This document shows, piece after piece, positions 20,490 through 30,697 of a stretch of 64,000 nt of DNA. The notes beneath the pieces are model-generated. The model did not search any database, was not told the DNA's origin, and saw only the letters and a list, made by a program, of their open reading frames with translations. The position numbers were made by a program, and so were the translations under genes. This DNA comes from an uncultured Nitrospiraceae bacterium (lineage in GTDB: Bacteria; Nitrospirota; Nitrospiria; Nitrospirales; Nitrospiraceae). Position 1 is the first letter of the stretch, and the number at the start of each line of letters is the position of its first letter. The stretch lies in contig CAWJWJ010000001.1 in the NCBI GenBank assembly GCA_963846575.1, positions 192,001-256,000 on the forward strand, read 5' to 3'.

Positions 20490-21719
20490 ATGGCCATCAC
20501 ATCCCCCCAAACACTCCGCAAGCTGCCGCCCGGCATCTGGGTTCTGGGCTTCGTCAGCCTGTTGATGGATATTTCTTCGGAAATGATCCACAGCCTCCTG
20601 CCCTTGTTCATGGTGACGACGCTCGGCGCCGGCACCATCGCGGTCGGCCTCGTTGAAGGCCTGGCGGAGTCTCTCGCCTTGGTCGTGAAAGTTTTTTCGG
20701 GCGCCGTCAGCGATTATCTGGGGAAACGGAAGGGCCTGGCCGTGGCGGGGTACGCGTTAGGCGCGTTGACCAAGCCGCTCTTCGCCATGGCACCCGATCT
20801 GGGCACCCTGTTGACCGCCCGCTTGCTGGATCGCGTGGGCAAGGGCGTACGGGGCGCGCCGCGCGACGCGCTGGTGACGGATATTGCCCCGCTACACCTT
20901 CGTGGCGCAGCGTTCGGCTTGCGACAATCGCTGGATACCGTGGGAGCCTTCCTCGGTCCCTTGCTGGCGGTCGCGCTGATGCTACTCTGGGCCAACGATT
21001 TCCGGGCCGTCTTCTGGGTAGCCGTCATTCCGGGCATGATGGCGGTGGCGCTGCTGCTGTTCGGCATACGGGAGCCTGCCTCCCGCCGGCCTACGGTGAG
21101 GACGAATCCGATCCGCCGCGAGAATCTCATGCGGTTGGGTCCGGCCTACTGGTGGGTGGTGGGCATCGGGTTCGTCTTTACGCTGGCCCGGTTCAGCGAG
21201 GCGTTTCTCGTGCTACGGGCCAGGGATGGAGGCATTCCGGTCGCCTTGATCCCGCTCGTGCTGGTGGCCATGAATCTGGTGTATGCCTCGTCGGCCTATC
21301 CGTTCGGGAGACTTTCCGATCGGGTGAGTCACGGCAGGCTCCTCACATTCGGACTCCTGCTGTTGATCGGAGCCGATCTGACCCTCGCCCTGTCCGCTCA
21401 TTGGAGCCTCATCCTGCTCGGCGTCACACTCTGGGGACTTCACATGGGGGCGACACAAGGACTCCTGGCCACCATGGTGGCTGATGTGGCACCGGCCGAT
21501 TTGCGCGGGACGGCCTTCGGCTGCTTCAGCCTGGCCTGCGGAGTGGCGATGTTGCTGGCAAGCCTGTTGGCGGGGGTGTTGTGGGACCGGTTCGGGGCCG
21601 CGTTCACATTTTATGCGGGCGCCCTGTGGTGTCTCCTCACCATCGCGGGGGTCCTGTTTCTCCCCCTCAGCCCCTCACGGCCTTCTGCACCTGCCAGCCG
21701 GCCCTCCGTCACTCCATGA
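20490..21719 (+). CDS. MFS transporter
   Basis: About 12 TM helices; DISSEMIH, SDYLGKRK, DRVGKGVRGAPRDAL. Confidence 0.92.
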   Translation: MAITSPQTLRKLPPGIWVLGFVSLLMDISSEMIHSLLPLFMVTTLGAGTIAVGLVEGLAESLALVVKVFSGAVSDYLGKRKGLAVAGYALGALTKPLFAMAPDLGTLLTARLLDRVGKGVRGAPRDALVTDIAPLHLRGAAFGLRQSLDTVGAFLGPLLAVALMLLWANDFRAVFWVAVIPGMMAVALLLFGIREPASRRPTVRTNPIRRENLMRLGPAYWWVVGIGFVFTLARFSEAFLVLRARDGGIPVALIPLVLVAMNLVYASSAYPFGRLSDRVSHGRLLTFGLLLLIGADLTLALSAHWSLILLGVTLWGLHMGATQGLLATMVADVAPADLRGTAFGCFSLACGVAMLLASLLAGVLWDRFGAAFTFYAGALWCLLTIAGVLFLPLSPSRPSAPASRPSVTP

Positions 21720-21770
21720 CATGACTGTTCCACCGGCACCGTGACGGCTCTTCCGCAGCGAACGGCCAGG

Positions 21771-24701
21771 TCACCCGGTGCGGCCGCTCGACCGGAGCGC
21801 CGTTTGGATGGTTTCGTGGAGCTGTTCGATAGCCGCCTCCTTGGCGAGAAACGAGACGGCGCCGGCATTTCGCATCACCTCTTCGACCTGCCAGTTATTG
21901 TGGACTGAGAGCCCGATCACCAGGGTGTCCGGCTGCTCCAGTTTGAGCCGGCGCGTCGCCTCGATTCCGTCCATGCCGGGCATGTTGATGTCCATGATGA
22001 CCACCTCGGGCCGCAAGGACGTCGCGAGCGTAATCGCCTGTTCACCGTTATTGGCTTCTCCCACCACTTCGATATCGTCGTACCCTTCGAGGACCGTCCG
22101 GAGACCCTGGCGAAGCATGGCATGGTCGTCCACCAGGAGCACGCGCGTTCTGGAAGATCCGAGCGGGCCTCGCGCGGTGGCTTGCGGCGAAATCCCCGCC
22201 GAGGGGGTGGCCGATGGCAGCTCCGGCCCGCCCGCCGGCTGCTCGCCTTCCTTCCAGGCTTCATCCGGCTCGTCCTTCTCCCCGGCTCCCTCGCTATAGG
22301 GAATCACCAGGGTGATCTTCGTGCCCTGCCCGGGGGAGGACTCGACCATCATGCGCCCGCCCAAGGCATCCATCCGTTCGCGGATACTGAAGAGGCCGAA
22401 CATCGGTGCTGCGACATTCGTGGGGCTGGATTGATCGAATCCCCTGCCTTCATCGGCGACACGGAGGTACAGCATCCCTTCTTCGATCCAGACCGAGATC
22501 GACGCTCGTGATGTCCCCGCATGTTTCGATACGTTGATCAACAGTTCACGCGCCGATTGGAACAGGAGCACCGCCTGGTCTTCCTGAACCGGCGCCTGCT
22601 CCAGGTCGCAATGCACCGTTACGGTCATTTCCTGCCGCCGCATCTGCTCCGCCAGCCACCTGATCGCCACCACCAGACCGAACTCACGCAGCACGGGGGG
22701 GCTCAACTGGGCCACGAGGGATCTGGTATAGGTCAGCGCCTCGTCCAACATCTCATCCAGCTCCAGCACGACTTCTGTCGCCGGACCGAGGTTGCCTCGC
22801 TTCGCCTGGCTCAACTTCATCCGGCCGAACACCAGCAACTGCGCCAGATAGTCGTGGAGCTCCGATGCCAGACGTTGCCGCTCACGCTGCTCCGTCAACG
22901 TCAACTCCGATGCCAGGGCCCTGAGCCTGGTTCGTGACTGGAGCAGTTCGTGGGTGCGCTCCGCAACCCGCTGTTCGAGCTGGATCGTCCAGCCCTGCAT
23001 GTGCTCCTGAGCCTTTTTCCGCTCGGTAATATCGCGCAGCAGGAGGGTGTAGATCACGTCATTGCCCAGATGATTCTGGCTGACGGCAAGTTCGACGGGA
23101 AACTCGGATCCGTCATGCCGAACCCCCAGCATCTCGCGACGGAGTCCCTGCGGGGCTGACCCATTGCCGGCCTGCTCCGTCATCTGCCCCTCGCGATAGG
23201 GCGACGGCATCAACCGGGCGATGTTGCCACCGAGCAGGATCTCGGAGGGATAACCGAACAGCCGTTCCACCGCCGGATTGATGCTATGGATCACCCCGGT
23301 CTCGTTGATGGTGATGATGCCGTCCACTGCGCTTTGCACGATCGCCTTGAGGCGTGCTTCGCTTTCACCCAGAGCAGACGAGGCGCTATACCGCTCCCAG
23401 GCCATGGCGACCAAATGACAGAGTGTTTGGAAAAACCCGACCTCCTGTTCAGTGAACCGTTCTTTCTTCCCGGTCCCGAAGGAAAGGGTGCCCAGCACCC
23501 GCCCGTCACTCGCCTGCAGGGCATGGCAGGCATAAGCCCGTATGCCCATCGTTCGCAATGATTCGGCCCGGGAGTCAGAGGCGATCCGATGGGCGTCGGC
23601 CACGAGGGAGGTCCCGCAGGCGGCCACATGTTCTGAGAACGTGTGCCCTGCGGCAAGTCGTTCGGCCCTGAGGGGGGGCGCGTCGGGCGCTCCGAGTCCG
23701 ATGAGGAGTTGCAGGTCGCCGGTCTTTCCGTCCACGAGATAGTTCAGACAGAGATCCACATGGAGTTGCCCCGCGACCCTCACGTAAATGGATTGCGTCA
23801 GGGCCGCCCGATCCACCGGCACTTCCAACATCATGTGGCTGATTTCGAGGAGCAGGGCTTGTTGCTCCTTTCCGGCACGCAGAATGGCGTCCTGTTGTTT
23901 TCGTTCGGTAATGTCGAGCGCGGTGCCGAGGATTTGCTGCGGCTGGCCCGCCTCGTCCCGGAAGAACACCACGTTGCGGGATAGGAACCAGCGCCACTCT
24001 TTCGACCGGTGCTGCAACCGGCATTCGAATTCGAGCACATCGCCATCGGCCTGGAACGGCAACAGCGCCAGCTGATTCATGACCGAGTCGAGATCCTCCG
24101 GATGAATCCACTGCTGTAAGGTGCTCTGGCCTACCAATTGGAGGTCCTCCGGGGTATATCCAAGCGTGTCGCCGGATCTGGCATTGGCATAGAGATTACG
24201 CTGTTGGCGCAGATCGTAGAGATAGACGGTGGAGGGAGCCGCGTCCACCAGGCTCTTGATGAACCGCTCTCGCTCGGTGAGCTCTTTCAGCAAGACCCGG
24301 CTTTCTTCCTCCCGGTCGTAGAGACGCAGGAGGGCCTTGGCCGCCCCGATCAACTCGGTGGATTCGACCGGTTCGCTTAAATACACATCCGCGCCGCCAT
24401 CCAAACCCATGGCTCGTTCTTGCGGCCTCACGCAGGAGGCGGACACCTGCAGCACCATCACGTGCTCCGTCGCCGCACTCGTCTTGATCAGCCTGCAGAT
24501 CTCGATGCCGCTGACATCCGGCAATCCCACATCCAACAAAACCAGGTGGGGCCGTTCTTCCTGCACCAACCGCAACGCCTCCTTGCCGGTGGCGGCCTCG
24601 AGGACGCGATAGCCGGCCCGCTCGAAAATTCTCGTCTTGGCATATCGAGCGCCCTCGTCGTCGTCCACATTGAGAATGGTATGCCGGTAGGAGGTGCTCA
24701 C
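21771..24701 (-). CDS. Hybrid kinase REC-PAS-GAF-PAS-HisKA_3-HATPase-REC
   Basis: N-terminal VDDD..LLD..P receiver, ASELHDYLAQ H-box, NVSKHA, DEGRGF, FGL, C-terminal VDDH..MD.NMP..K receiver; GTG start overlaps the upstream stop. Confidence 0.92.
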   Translation of the reverse strand: MSTSYRHTILNVDDDEGARYAKTRIFERAGYRVLEAATGKEALRLVQEERPHLVLLDVGLPDVSGIEICRLIKTSAATEHVMVLQVSASCVRPQERAMGLDGGADVYLSEPVESTELIGAAKALLRLYDREEESRVLLKELTERERFIKSLVDAAPSTVYLYDLRQQRNLYANARSGDTLGYTPEDLQLVGQSTLQQWIHPEDLDSVMNQLALLPFQADGDVLEFECRLQHRSKEWRWFLSRNVVFFRDEAGQPQQILGTALDITERKQQDAILRAGKEQQALLLEISHMMLEVPVDRAALTQSIYVRVAGQLHVDLCLNYLVDGKTGDLQLLIGLGAPDAPPLRAERLAAGHTFSEHVAACGTSLVADAHRIASDSRAESLRTMGIRAYACHALQASDGRVLGTLSFGTGKKERFTEQEVGFFQTLCHLVAMAWERYSASSALGESEARLKAIVQSAVDGIITINETGVIHSINPAVERLFGYPSEILLGGNIARLMPSPYREGQMTEQAGNGSAPQGLRREMLGVRHDGSEFPVELAVSQNHLGNDVIYTLLLRDITERKKAQEHMQGWTIQLEQRVAERTHELLQSRTRLRALASELTLTEQRERQRLASELHDYLAQLLVFGRMKLSQAKRGNLGPATEVVLELDEMLDEALTYTRSLVAQLSPPVLREFGLVVAIRWLAEQMRRQEMTVTVHCDLEQAPVQEDQAVLLFQSARELLINVSKHAGTSRASISVWIEEGMLYLRVADEGRGFDQSSPTNVAAPMFGLFSIRERMDALGGRMMVESSPGQGTKITLVIPYSEGAGEKDEPDEAWKEGEQPAGGPELPSATPSAGISPQATARGPLGSSRTRVLLVDDHAMLRQGLRTVLEGYDDIEVVGEANNGEQAITLATSLRPEVVIMDINMPGMDGIEATRRLKLEQPDTLVIGLSVHNNWQVEEVMRNAGAVSFLAKEAAIEQLHETIQTALRSSGRTG

Positions 24702-26896
24702 GGCTGGCTCAACGGCAAGACCTGCCGATCAGGGGGGCGTGGCAGGGCGTCGGGGAGCACGTCGCCGATCACCCGCCTGATGGTGTCCTCCGACAGCTCG
24801 CTTTTCATTACGATCCCGCGCGTGGATTGTTCCAACAGCGTTGTCGCCTCGGACGAGAGGGCCTGTGCCGTGACAATGACGACCGGTGTCCCTTGCAGTT
24901 TTTCAGACGCAGCCAGATCCTGGAGGAATTGCCAACCGGACCGGCCGGGCATATTGAGATCCAAAAAAATGATGTCCGGCCTGATGTCACGACAGATCCG
25001 GATCCCTTCCATCGCGTCGCCCGATTCCGAGACCGTGCACCGGATACCGGCCAGGCACTTTTTGAGGATGTAGCGAAATGATTCTTCATCATCGATGATC
25101 ATCACCCGGGAAACGGAGGTGGGGGCCAACCCTGCGTCCGATGGCTGGACTAAACGATCCAGTTCCGCCATCAACGTGTCACGATCGATCGGCTTGAGCC
25201 TGTAGGCATCGGCCCCGAGCATGAAGGCCTTGGCGCGATCCTCCACGGTGGTGACGATGAGGACGGGGATGTCCCGCGTCACATCGTCCGCTTTCATGTG
25301 CGCGAGCCACTGCCAGCTATCCTCGCCGTGTAACAGCAGATCCAGCACGATGGCCGAGGGGCGCACCTGTTGTAACCGTCGTCCGGCATCACGCAGCCCC
25401 GCGCTGAACATCGGTTGATAGCGGCTGTTTCGAAGGAACTTGTCATAGACCGTTCGCATCTCGGGATGATCCTCGATGATGAGCACGGGAAGCCGGGCCG
25501 AATCCGGGGGAGGCTCGGCCTCCACGCGCGGTGTGAGCGTCCGGTCCATCGCCTGCTCATGGTAGAGCGGAATCGTCAACTTGAATACTGAGCCAGTTCC
25601 GACCTGGCTTTCAACCGAAACCTGCCCGCCGAGCAGCACCGCCAGCTTCTTGCATAACGGAAGTCCCAAGCCCGTGCCCTTGACCTGCCGCTGAATCGGG
25701 CTATCGAGCTGCGAGAATTCCTCAAAGATTCTTGCGTGGTCCTCGGGCTTGATGCCGATACCGGTATCGGACACGGCAATGGTCAGGGCCCGGCGATCGG
25801 CATTCACCGCGGCCGTCACGCGGATTTCTCCCCGCTCCGTAAACTTCACGGCATTGGAGATAAAATTCCGCAGGATCTGGGATACCTTCCCTTCGTCCGT
25901 GCAGAGCATCGGCAGGTCGTCCGCTTCCTCGAAAATCAGATTCACCGATGCACTCGTCAAAAGCGGCTTCAACATGCCGCGAAGGGCGCTGAACATGGTC
26001 TTGATGTCGAACTCGACCGGACGCACGTCGATCTTGCCCGCCTCGATTTTTGCCAGATCCAACAAATCGTTCACCAGTTCCAGCAGACTCTCGGCCGCCT
26101 TTCTGACGAATCGCACCTGTTTGTCCTGTTCGGACGTCAACTCCCCGTCGGACCGGTCCAGCAGCAGTCCCGACAGTGCGAGAATCGAACTCAAGGGCGT
26201 GCGAAACTCATGACTCATGTTCGAGAGAAACCGGGTTTTCATGTGATCCGCCTGGCGGAGATGGTCGGCCTTCTCATCCAACTCGGCATAGAGGGCGATC
26301 ACGCCGCGGTTCGTATCTTCGAGTTCCTGATTCAGCCGGACGAGTTCCTCCTGGCGCAGGCGTAATTCGTCCAATGCCTGCAACAATTCATGATTCTGCT
26401 GCCGCAGTTCCTCTTGTGCGTTCTGAGCCGGCGTGCGGATCAGCTCATCCACCAGGCTCGACAGCTCCGGGCCTCCCAGCGGCCTCACGCGCGCAGGGAA
26501 GACCTTTTTCATGAGCACCCTGGTGCCGGTTCCGGGATCGCTTTCGATTTCGCATTGATCCATGAGGCGTTTCGCGCCGACGAGCCCCAGCCCCATGCCG
26601 GTGCTGGACCGGTATCGACCCTCCAGGATCCGCTTGAGATCCGGGATGCCAGGACCGCTGTCCGTGACCCGGATCAACAACACCTGTGGGGCGGTCCGTC
26701 CTTCCACCTGAAACTCGACGAGGCCGTTTTGGGCATAACGGAACGCGTTACGCGCGATTTCCGAGACGGCGGTGGCAATTCGAGTCTGGTCCTGGACGTC
26801 GAAGCCGATCAGAGCGGTGATCTGCCTGGCGCGTTGACGGGCGACGACCACATCGTCCTCATATCTCAACGCGACTGTCATGATCGATTGACTCAC
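24698..26896 (-). CDS. RsbT-like kinase domain fused to HisKA-HATPase-REC-REC hybrid kinase
   Basis: N-terminal ATAVSEIARN/DSGPGI/GMGLGL, coiled coil, SHEFRTPL, SNAVKFT, DTGIGI, GTGLGL, two receiver domains. Confidence 0.92.
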   Translation of the reverse strand: MSQSIMTVALRYEDDVVVARQRARQITALIGFDVQDQTRIATAVSEIARNAFRYAQNGLVEFQVEGRTAPQVLLIRVTDSGPGIPDLKRILEGRYRSSTGMGLGLVGAKRLMDQCEIESDPGTGTRVLMKKVFPARVRPLGGPELSSLVDELIRTPAQNAQEELRQQNHELLQALDELRLRQEELVRLNQELEDTNRGVIALYAELDEKADHLRQADHMKTRFLSNMSHEFRTPLSSILALSGLLLDRSDGELTSEQDKQVRFVRKAAESLLELVNDLLDLAKIEAGKIDVRPVEFDIKTMFSALRGMLKPLLTSASVNLIFEEADDLPMLCTDEGKVSQILRNFISNAVKFTERGEIRVTAAVNADRRALTIAVSDTGIGIKPEDHARIFEEFSQLDSPIQRQVKGTGLGLPLCKKLAVLLGGQVSVESQVGTGSVFKLTIPLYHEQAMDRTLTPRVEAEPPPDSARLPVLIIEDHPEMRTVYDKFLRNSRYQPMFSAGLRDAGRRLQQVRPSAIVLDLLLHGEDSWQWLAHMKADDVTRDIPVLIVTTVEDRAKAFMLGADAYRLKPIDRDTLMAELDRLVQPSDAGLAPTSVSRVMIIDDEESFRYILKKCLAGIRCTVSESGDAMEGIRICRDIRPDIIFLDLNMPGRSGWQFLQDLAASEKLQGTPVVIVTAQALSSEATTLLEQSTRGIVMKSELSEDTIRRVIGDVLPDALPRPPDRQVLPLSQP

Positions 26897-26957
26897 CGAA
26901 CGGATCCTTTCGACTCAGTTGCTTTCCTATCGGACAGGGTCTTGCCGGAGCGGGCGG

Positions 26958-28004
26958 TCATGCAGCCGGTCCGCCCTCCGGCCTGGGCGATTTCAGCACC
27001 ATCACCGTCGTGTCGTCTCGGCCTCGGCTGAAATCACGATAGAGGGTGGCGGCGATGAGACTCGGATCCCGGCTGGCCAAACCGGCATAACCGGTCACAT
27101 CCCAGTGGCTGTTGATCCCATCCGAGCACATTACGAGCAGCGCGGAATCGGACCAGGGATATTGAAACTCGGTCACCCGCCTGATGTGGTGACCGAGGAT
27201 TCCATTCTGCGACACCATATTCTGAGCCACTCCATCCTGGAGCACGGCGGCCATGATATTTCCAATTCCGATAAATTTGACGAGGCCCTGGTCGGGAAGG
27301 ATTTCCGCCACACCCAACGCGGCGCCCCTGGTCGGTCGAAGCAGGCCATGGGCGATCTCTATCTGTTCGGTCAGCGAGACCTGTCGATGGTCATGCAGGC
27401 TCTCGATCGCAAGCAGGGCCGCCTCCGCCGCCTGGGATCCGTGACCCAACCCGTCCACGACCGCGCAGAGGGTTCGCCTGTCGAACGACTCCGACAACCA
27501 GGCATCTCCGGACACCTGCTCGCCCGGCTTGGCCAGATTGATCACGCCCGTCATGGCTGGCTGATCCGGCTGCAGGCCGGGCTGGGCTCGATTCCAAACA
27601 CGAGCCACGAGGCCGGTTCCTCTTCCGGCAATGGAATGGATGTCGAACTCCGAGGCCATCCGCACCAGCGCCCCGAGACCGGTGCCAGGGCTGCCCGTCG
27701 TGGAATGGCCGTCCCGCAGGGCGCGCCCCACATTCGCCATGCCCGGTCCCCGGTCCAAGGCCACGATTTCGATGCCCTGCAGGAGTCCCTGAGCGACGAT
27801 GCGGAGGAATATTTCGCCCGCCTTCGCATGCTTGATCAGATTGGTGCCCATTTCCGAGGCGATGACCGCGCAGATGCCGGCCCCGGTTTCATCCAGGCCG
27901 GCTGAGCCTGCCAATGCCGTGACTTTCCGGCGCACCTCGGCCACCTGGCTCGACTCGCCGATCGGAAACTGAAACTGCTGTCCCTCCTGATGTTTCGTGA
28001 TCAT
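26958..28004 (-). CDS. RsbX-like protein: RsbT-like HATPase domain + PP2C/SpoIIE phosphatase
   Basis: SEMGTNLIKHA, DRGPG, GTGLG; then SGDAW, VDGLGHG, CSDGI, RDDTTV. Confidence 0.85.
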   Translation of the reverse strand: MITKHQEGQQFQFPIGESSQVAEVRRKVTALAGSAGLDETGAGICAVIASEMGTNLIKHAKAGEIFLRIVAQGLLQGIEIVALDRGPGMANVGRALRDGHSTTGSPGTGLGALVRMASEFDIHSIAGRGTGLVARVWNRAQPGLQPDQPAMTGVINLAKPGEQVSGDAWLSESFDRRTLCAVVDGLGHGSQAAEAALLAIESLHDHRQVSLTEQIEIAHGLLRPTRGAALGVAEILPDQGLVKFIGIGNIMAAVLQDGVAQNMVSQNGILGHHIRRVTEFQYPWSDSALLVMCSDGINSHWDVTGYAGLASRDPSLIAATLYRDFSRGRDDTTVMVLKSPRPEGGPAA

Positions 28005-28011
28005 CCTGCCT

Positions 28012-28416
28012 TCACTTCCAGCGTGCAATCGTCACCCTGGTCCCCTTACCCACTTCCGAGTGGATGTCGAACTCGTTCACGAGGCGCCGCGATCCGCTCA
28101 AGCCCAGCCCCAGGCCATGCCCCGTGGTGAATCCGTCCCGCAATGCCCTGTCCAGGTCCGGAATTCCGGGCCCCTGATCGATAAACGTCAACCGGACCCC
28201 GCGGCGGGAGCCCTCCTGCAACACTTGAATCCGCACGTCTCCGCCCCGACCGTGATCGAGGGTGTTCCGGGCCAGTTCGCTCGCGGCCGTCACCAGCTTC
28301 GTCTGATCGACGAGGGAGAAGGCCTGCATCAGCGCCGACTCCCGAGTGATTTGACGAACCTTCACGATGTCATCCGACGTCCGGATGGGATAGGTTTCAT
28401 CCCGCAACGTGACCAT
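28012..28416 (-). CDS. rsbT: Stressosome Ser/Thr kinase RsbT
   Basis: TAASELARN, DQGPGI, GLGLGLSGSRRLVNEF. Confidence 0.9.
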   Translation of the reverse strand: MVTLRDETYPIRTSDDIVKVRQITRESALMQAFSLVDQTKLVTAASELARNTLDHGRGGDVRIQVLQEGSRRGVRLTFIDQGPGIPDLDRALRDGFTTGHGLGLGLSGSRRLVNEFDIHSEVGKGTRVTIARWK

Positions 28417-28786
28417 TTCCTCGCGCCCTGTTCTCGGTGGACCGTTTGAGCATCTCCACCCCCTTGTCCACATTGAGTGCCGTACGCACTCCGGGCAGGG
28501 AGAGCCCGAGTTCCACCAGCGTGATCGCCACCGCCGGACGCATGCCGACCAGCACGGTTTCCGCATCCAGCACACGCGCCATGCTGGCGGTATTGCTGAT
28601 CATCCGGCCGATGAACGAATCCACGATTTCCAGCGAGGAGATATCGATGAGCACGCCATGAGCCCGCTCTTTGACGATCCGGCTCGTCAAATCGTCTTGC
28701 AGCGTCATGGCAAGCCGGTCATGCATGTCGACCTGCACGGTCACCAACAAAAAATTGCCCATTTTTAAGATCGGAATCCGTTCCAT
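28397..28786 (-). CDS. rsbS: Stressosome STAS protein RsbS
   Basis: MERIPILK, IVDSFIGR (phosphorylated Ser), GMRPAVAITLVELGL. Confidence 0.92.
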   Translation of the reverse strand: MERIPILKMGNFLLVTVQVDMHDRLAMTLQDDLTSRIVKERAHGVLIDISSLEIVDSFIGRMISNTASMARVLDAETVLVGMRPAVAITLVELGLSLPGVRTALNVDKGVEMLKRSTENRARGNGHVAG

Positions 28787-28788
28787 GA

Positions 28789-29655
28789 TCAGTCGATCGG
28801 CCTCGCGCCGGCAGATTTCGACACGCTGGCGCCGGTGCGCTGGAGCGCGATCATAAAGGCATCCGCCAGCGTGGCCTTGGTGGTCACCGCACTCAAATCC
28901 ACGCCGAGATGGACGATCGTCTGGGCAATTTGCGGGCGGATGCCGCTGATGATGCAGTCGGCGCCCATGAGCCGCGCCGCCGCCACGGTTTTCAGCAGGT
29001 GTTGCGCGACCAGCGTGTCCACGGTCGGCACCCCGGTGATGTCGATGATCGCGATCATGGCACCGGTCTCCACGATGCGTTGCAGCAGATTTTCCATGAC
29101 GACCTGGGTCCGCTCGCTGTCCAGCGTTCCGATCAAGGGCAAAGCGAGAATGTGCTCGAACAGCTGTACCACCGGCGTGGACAACTCCAGCAGTTCTTCC
29201 TGCTGGCGATGGATCACTTCCTCTCGATTCTGTTGATGGAGTTCCATGATCTGCAACCCCAGATGATCGAGCAGGACCGTGACGGCCCACAGTTCGGTGA
29301 TGAGATCCTTCGGATCCTTCACGTTCGAGCGAACCACGTCGAAGAGCGGTTGTTTGAGCGAAAAAATAAACGTGGCGGTCTCGGTCGGCGTAAATCCCCG
29401 CGACACTCTCGACCGGGCTGTCTGTCCGAGGAAATCCTTGACCGGCTTCCACGAAGGGGTATTCGCATCCAGGCCCCCCTGGAGAAGGGCTTGGGTAAAG
29501 AGGCCCATGAACTCGCGCGACTGCTCGCGCAGTTCGCTATCCTTCATCAGATCCTGGCGCAGAGTGGTCGCGGATAGCTGGAAGTCCACCCAGGCTTTGA
29601 GGATGCTGTCCTGCTGAGCCCGGACGCTGTCGGCCAGTCTGTATTGTTTTTCCAT
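28789..29655 (-). CDS. rsbR: Stressosome protein RsbR (RsbRD-type N-terminal domain + STAS)
   Basis: ELSTPVV, LPLIGTLDSERT, IDITGVPTVDTLVAQHL, SGIRPQIAQT; GAGG SD. Confidence 0.92.
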   Translation of the reverse strand: MEKQYRLADSVRAQQDSILKAWVDFQLSATTLRQDLMKDSELREQSREFMGLFTQALLQGGLDANTPSWKPVKDFLGQTARSRVSRGFTPTETATFIFSLKQPLFDVVRSNVKDPKDLITELWAVTVLLDHLGLQIMELHQQNREEVIHRQQEELLELSTPVVQLFEHILALPLIGTLDSERTQVVMENLLQRIVETGAMIAIIDITGVPTVDTLVAQHLLKTVAAARLMGADCIISGIRPQIAQTIVHLGVDLSAVTTKATLADAFMIALQRTGASVSKSAGARPID

Positions 29656-29745
29656 TGCCCTTTCCTCCTCTGCCGATTCTGACGAACATTCCGAAATGGC
29701 TGGAGATACCCGGAAGTAGAGACGGGCAGACCAGTCTAATCGTGC

Positions 29746-29778
29746 TGTAGGCAAGTCCCTACTAGGGGAACCCCTGGC
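29746..29778. promoter_or_regulatory. Tandem imperfect palindromes upstream of rsbR
   Basis: TGTAGGCAAGTCCCTACT and ACTAGGGGAACCCCTGGC, both resembling the 4676 palindrome. Confidence 0.45.
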
Positions 29779-29888
29779 AGGCCGGGTCAGACTACAGGCA
29801 AAGGGGCTGACGTTGCTAGTGGAGAGAGCTGCGGGGTGTGCAGTGCAACAGAGGGCTCCGCCGCGATGCCGGGCAGGGGAGCAGGTTT

Positions 29889-30110
29889 TCAGGACCAAAA
29901 CTGCCAGGCCTTGATGTGGCCCCGGAGCAGATCCCGTCTGGACAGGATCCCGACAACGCGCCGGTCCCGCACCACCGGAAGCTGGTCATACCCTCTCATG
30001 AAACAGGTGTGCGGCTTCTTCAAGCGTCATGGTTCTCTGCGCGTTAAGGATATGGGATGTCCTGATCTCCACACCAGCACCTTCCGCAGGTCTCTCCCCT
30101 CGTCAGCCGC
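29889..30110 (-). pseudogene. Frameshifted C-terminal remnant of a CBS-domain gene
   Basis: Across frames it reads DEGRDLRKVLV / MTLEEAAHLFHE / GYDQLPVVRDRRVVGILSRRDLLRGHIKAWQFWS*, collinear with the C-terminus of the intact CBS protein at 38607-39044. Confidence 0.7.
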
Positions 30111-30151
30111 CGTGACTCCGGGCCTTCGACCGTCGTCCTCCCTCGAGCTCC

Positions 30152-30697
30152 CTACTCCGGTTGCGCGATCAGCGCCGGGCTGTGATCTTCCTCCCATCGG
30201 ACATAGTGCGTCGTCGTATGGTCAGGCTTCACTCTGATTCCCGTCGCCTCCTGCCGTTGACCGCCCAACATCGCGCTGACATCGTAGGTCCCTTCCGGAA
30301 GATCAATAAACAGCCAGGGGCCGTTGTTCTCGTCGGCGGGGACGGTCAGGATCTTGGTTCCTTCACGATCGCGCACCGTCACCGTCGCGCCGGTCACAAA
30401 TGGCTTCCCGCCGGCCGTGAACACCAGCTTCAACGAAAATGGCGGATAAACCGCCTCGCGTTCGACGCGGCCGACACCCGCGCTGAAATACGGAATCCCG
30501 CCGCTGCGGTAAAGCGGAATGACATCCTTTTGCAGTCCGGCCTCGGTAGGAATCTCCAGTTCGATGGCATCTCCGGCCGGCGCCATCCTCGAGACGACAG
30601 GCGTCGCCCCATCAGCCACAGCGGACAACAGGATCACCCCTACGAGACCCGCAGCCCCCGCCAAGCTTCGCCCCATCACCCCCCGCTGTTCTCCCAT
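30152..30697 (-). CDS. Exported protein with carboxypeptidase-regulatory-like (beta-sandwich) domain
   Basis: AAAGGAGG SD, signal peptide, YFSAGVG..ER, GPWLFIDLPEGTY. Confidence 0.75.
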   Translation of the reverse strand: MGEQRGVMGRSLAGAAGLVGVILLSAVADGATPVVSRMAPAGDAIELEIPTEAGLQKDVIPLYRSGGIPYFSAGVGRVEREAVYPPFSLKLVFTAGGKPFVTGATVTVRDREGTKILTVPADENNGPWLFIDLPEGTYDVSAMLGGQRQEATGIRVKPDHTTTHYVRWEEDHSPALIAQPE

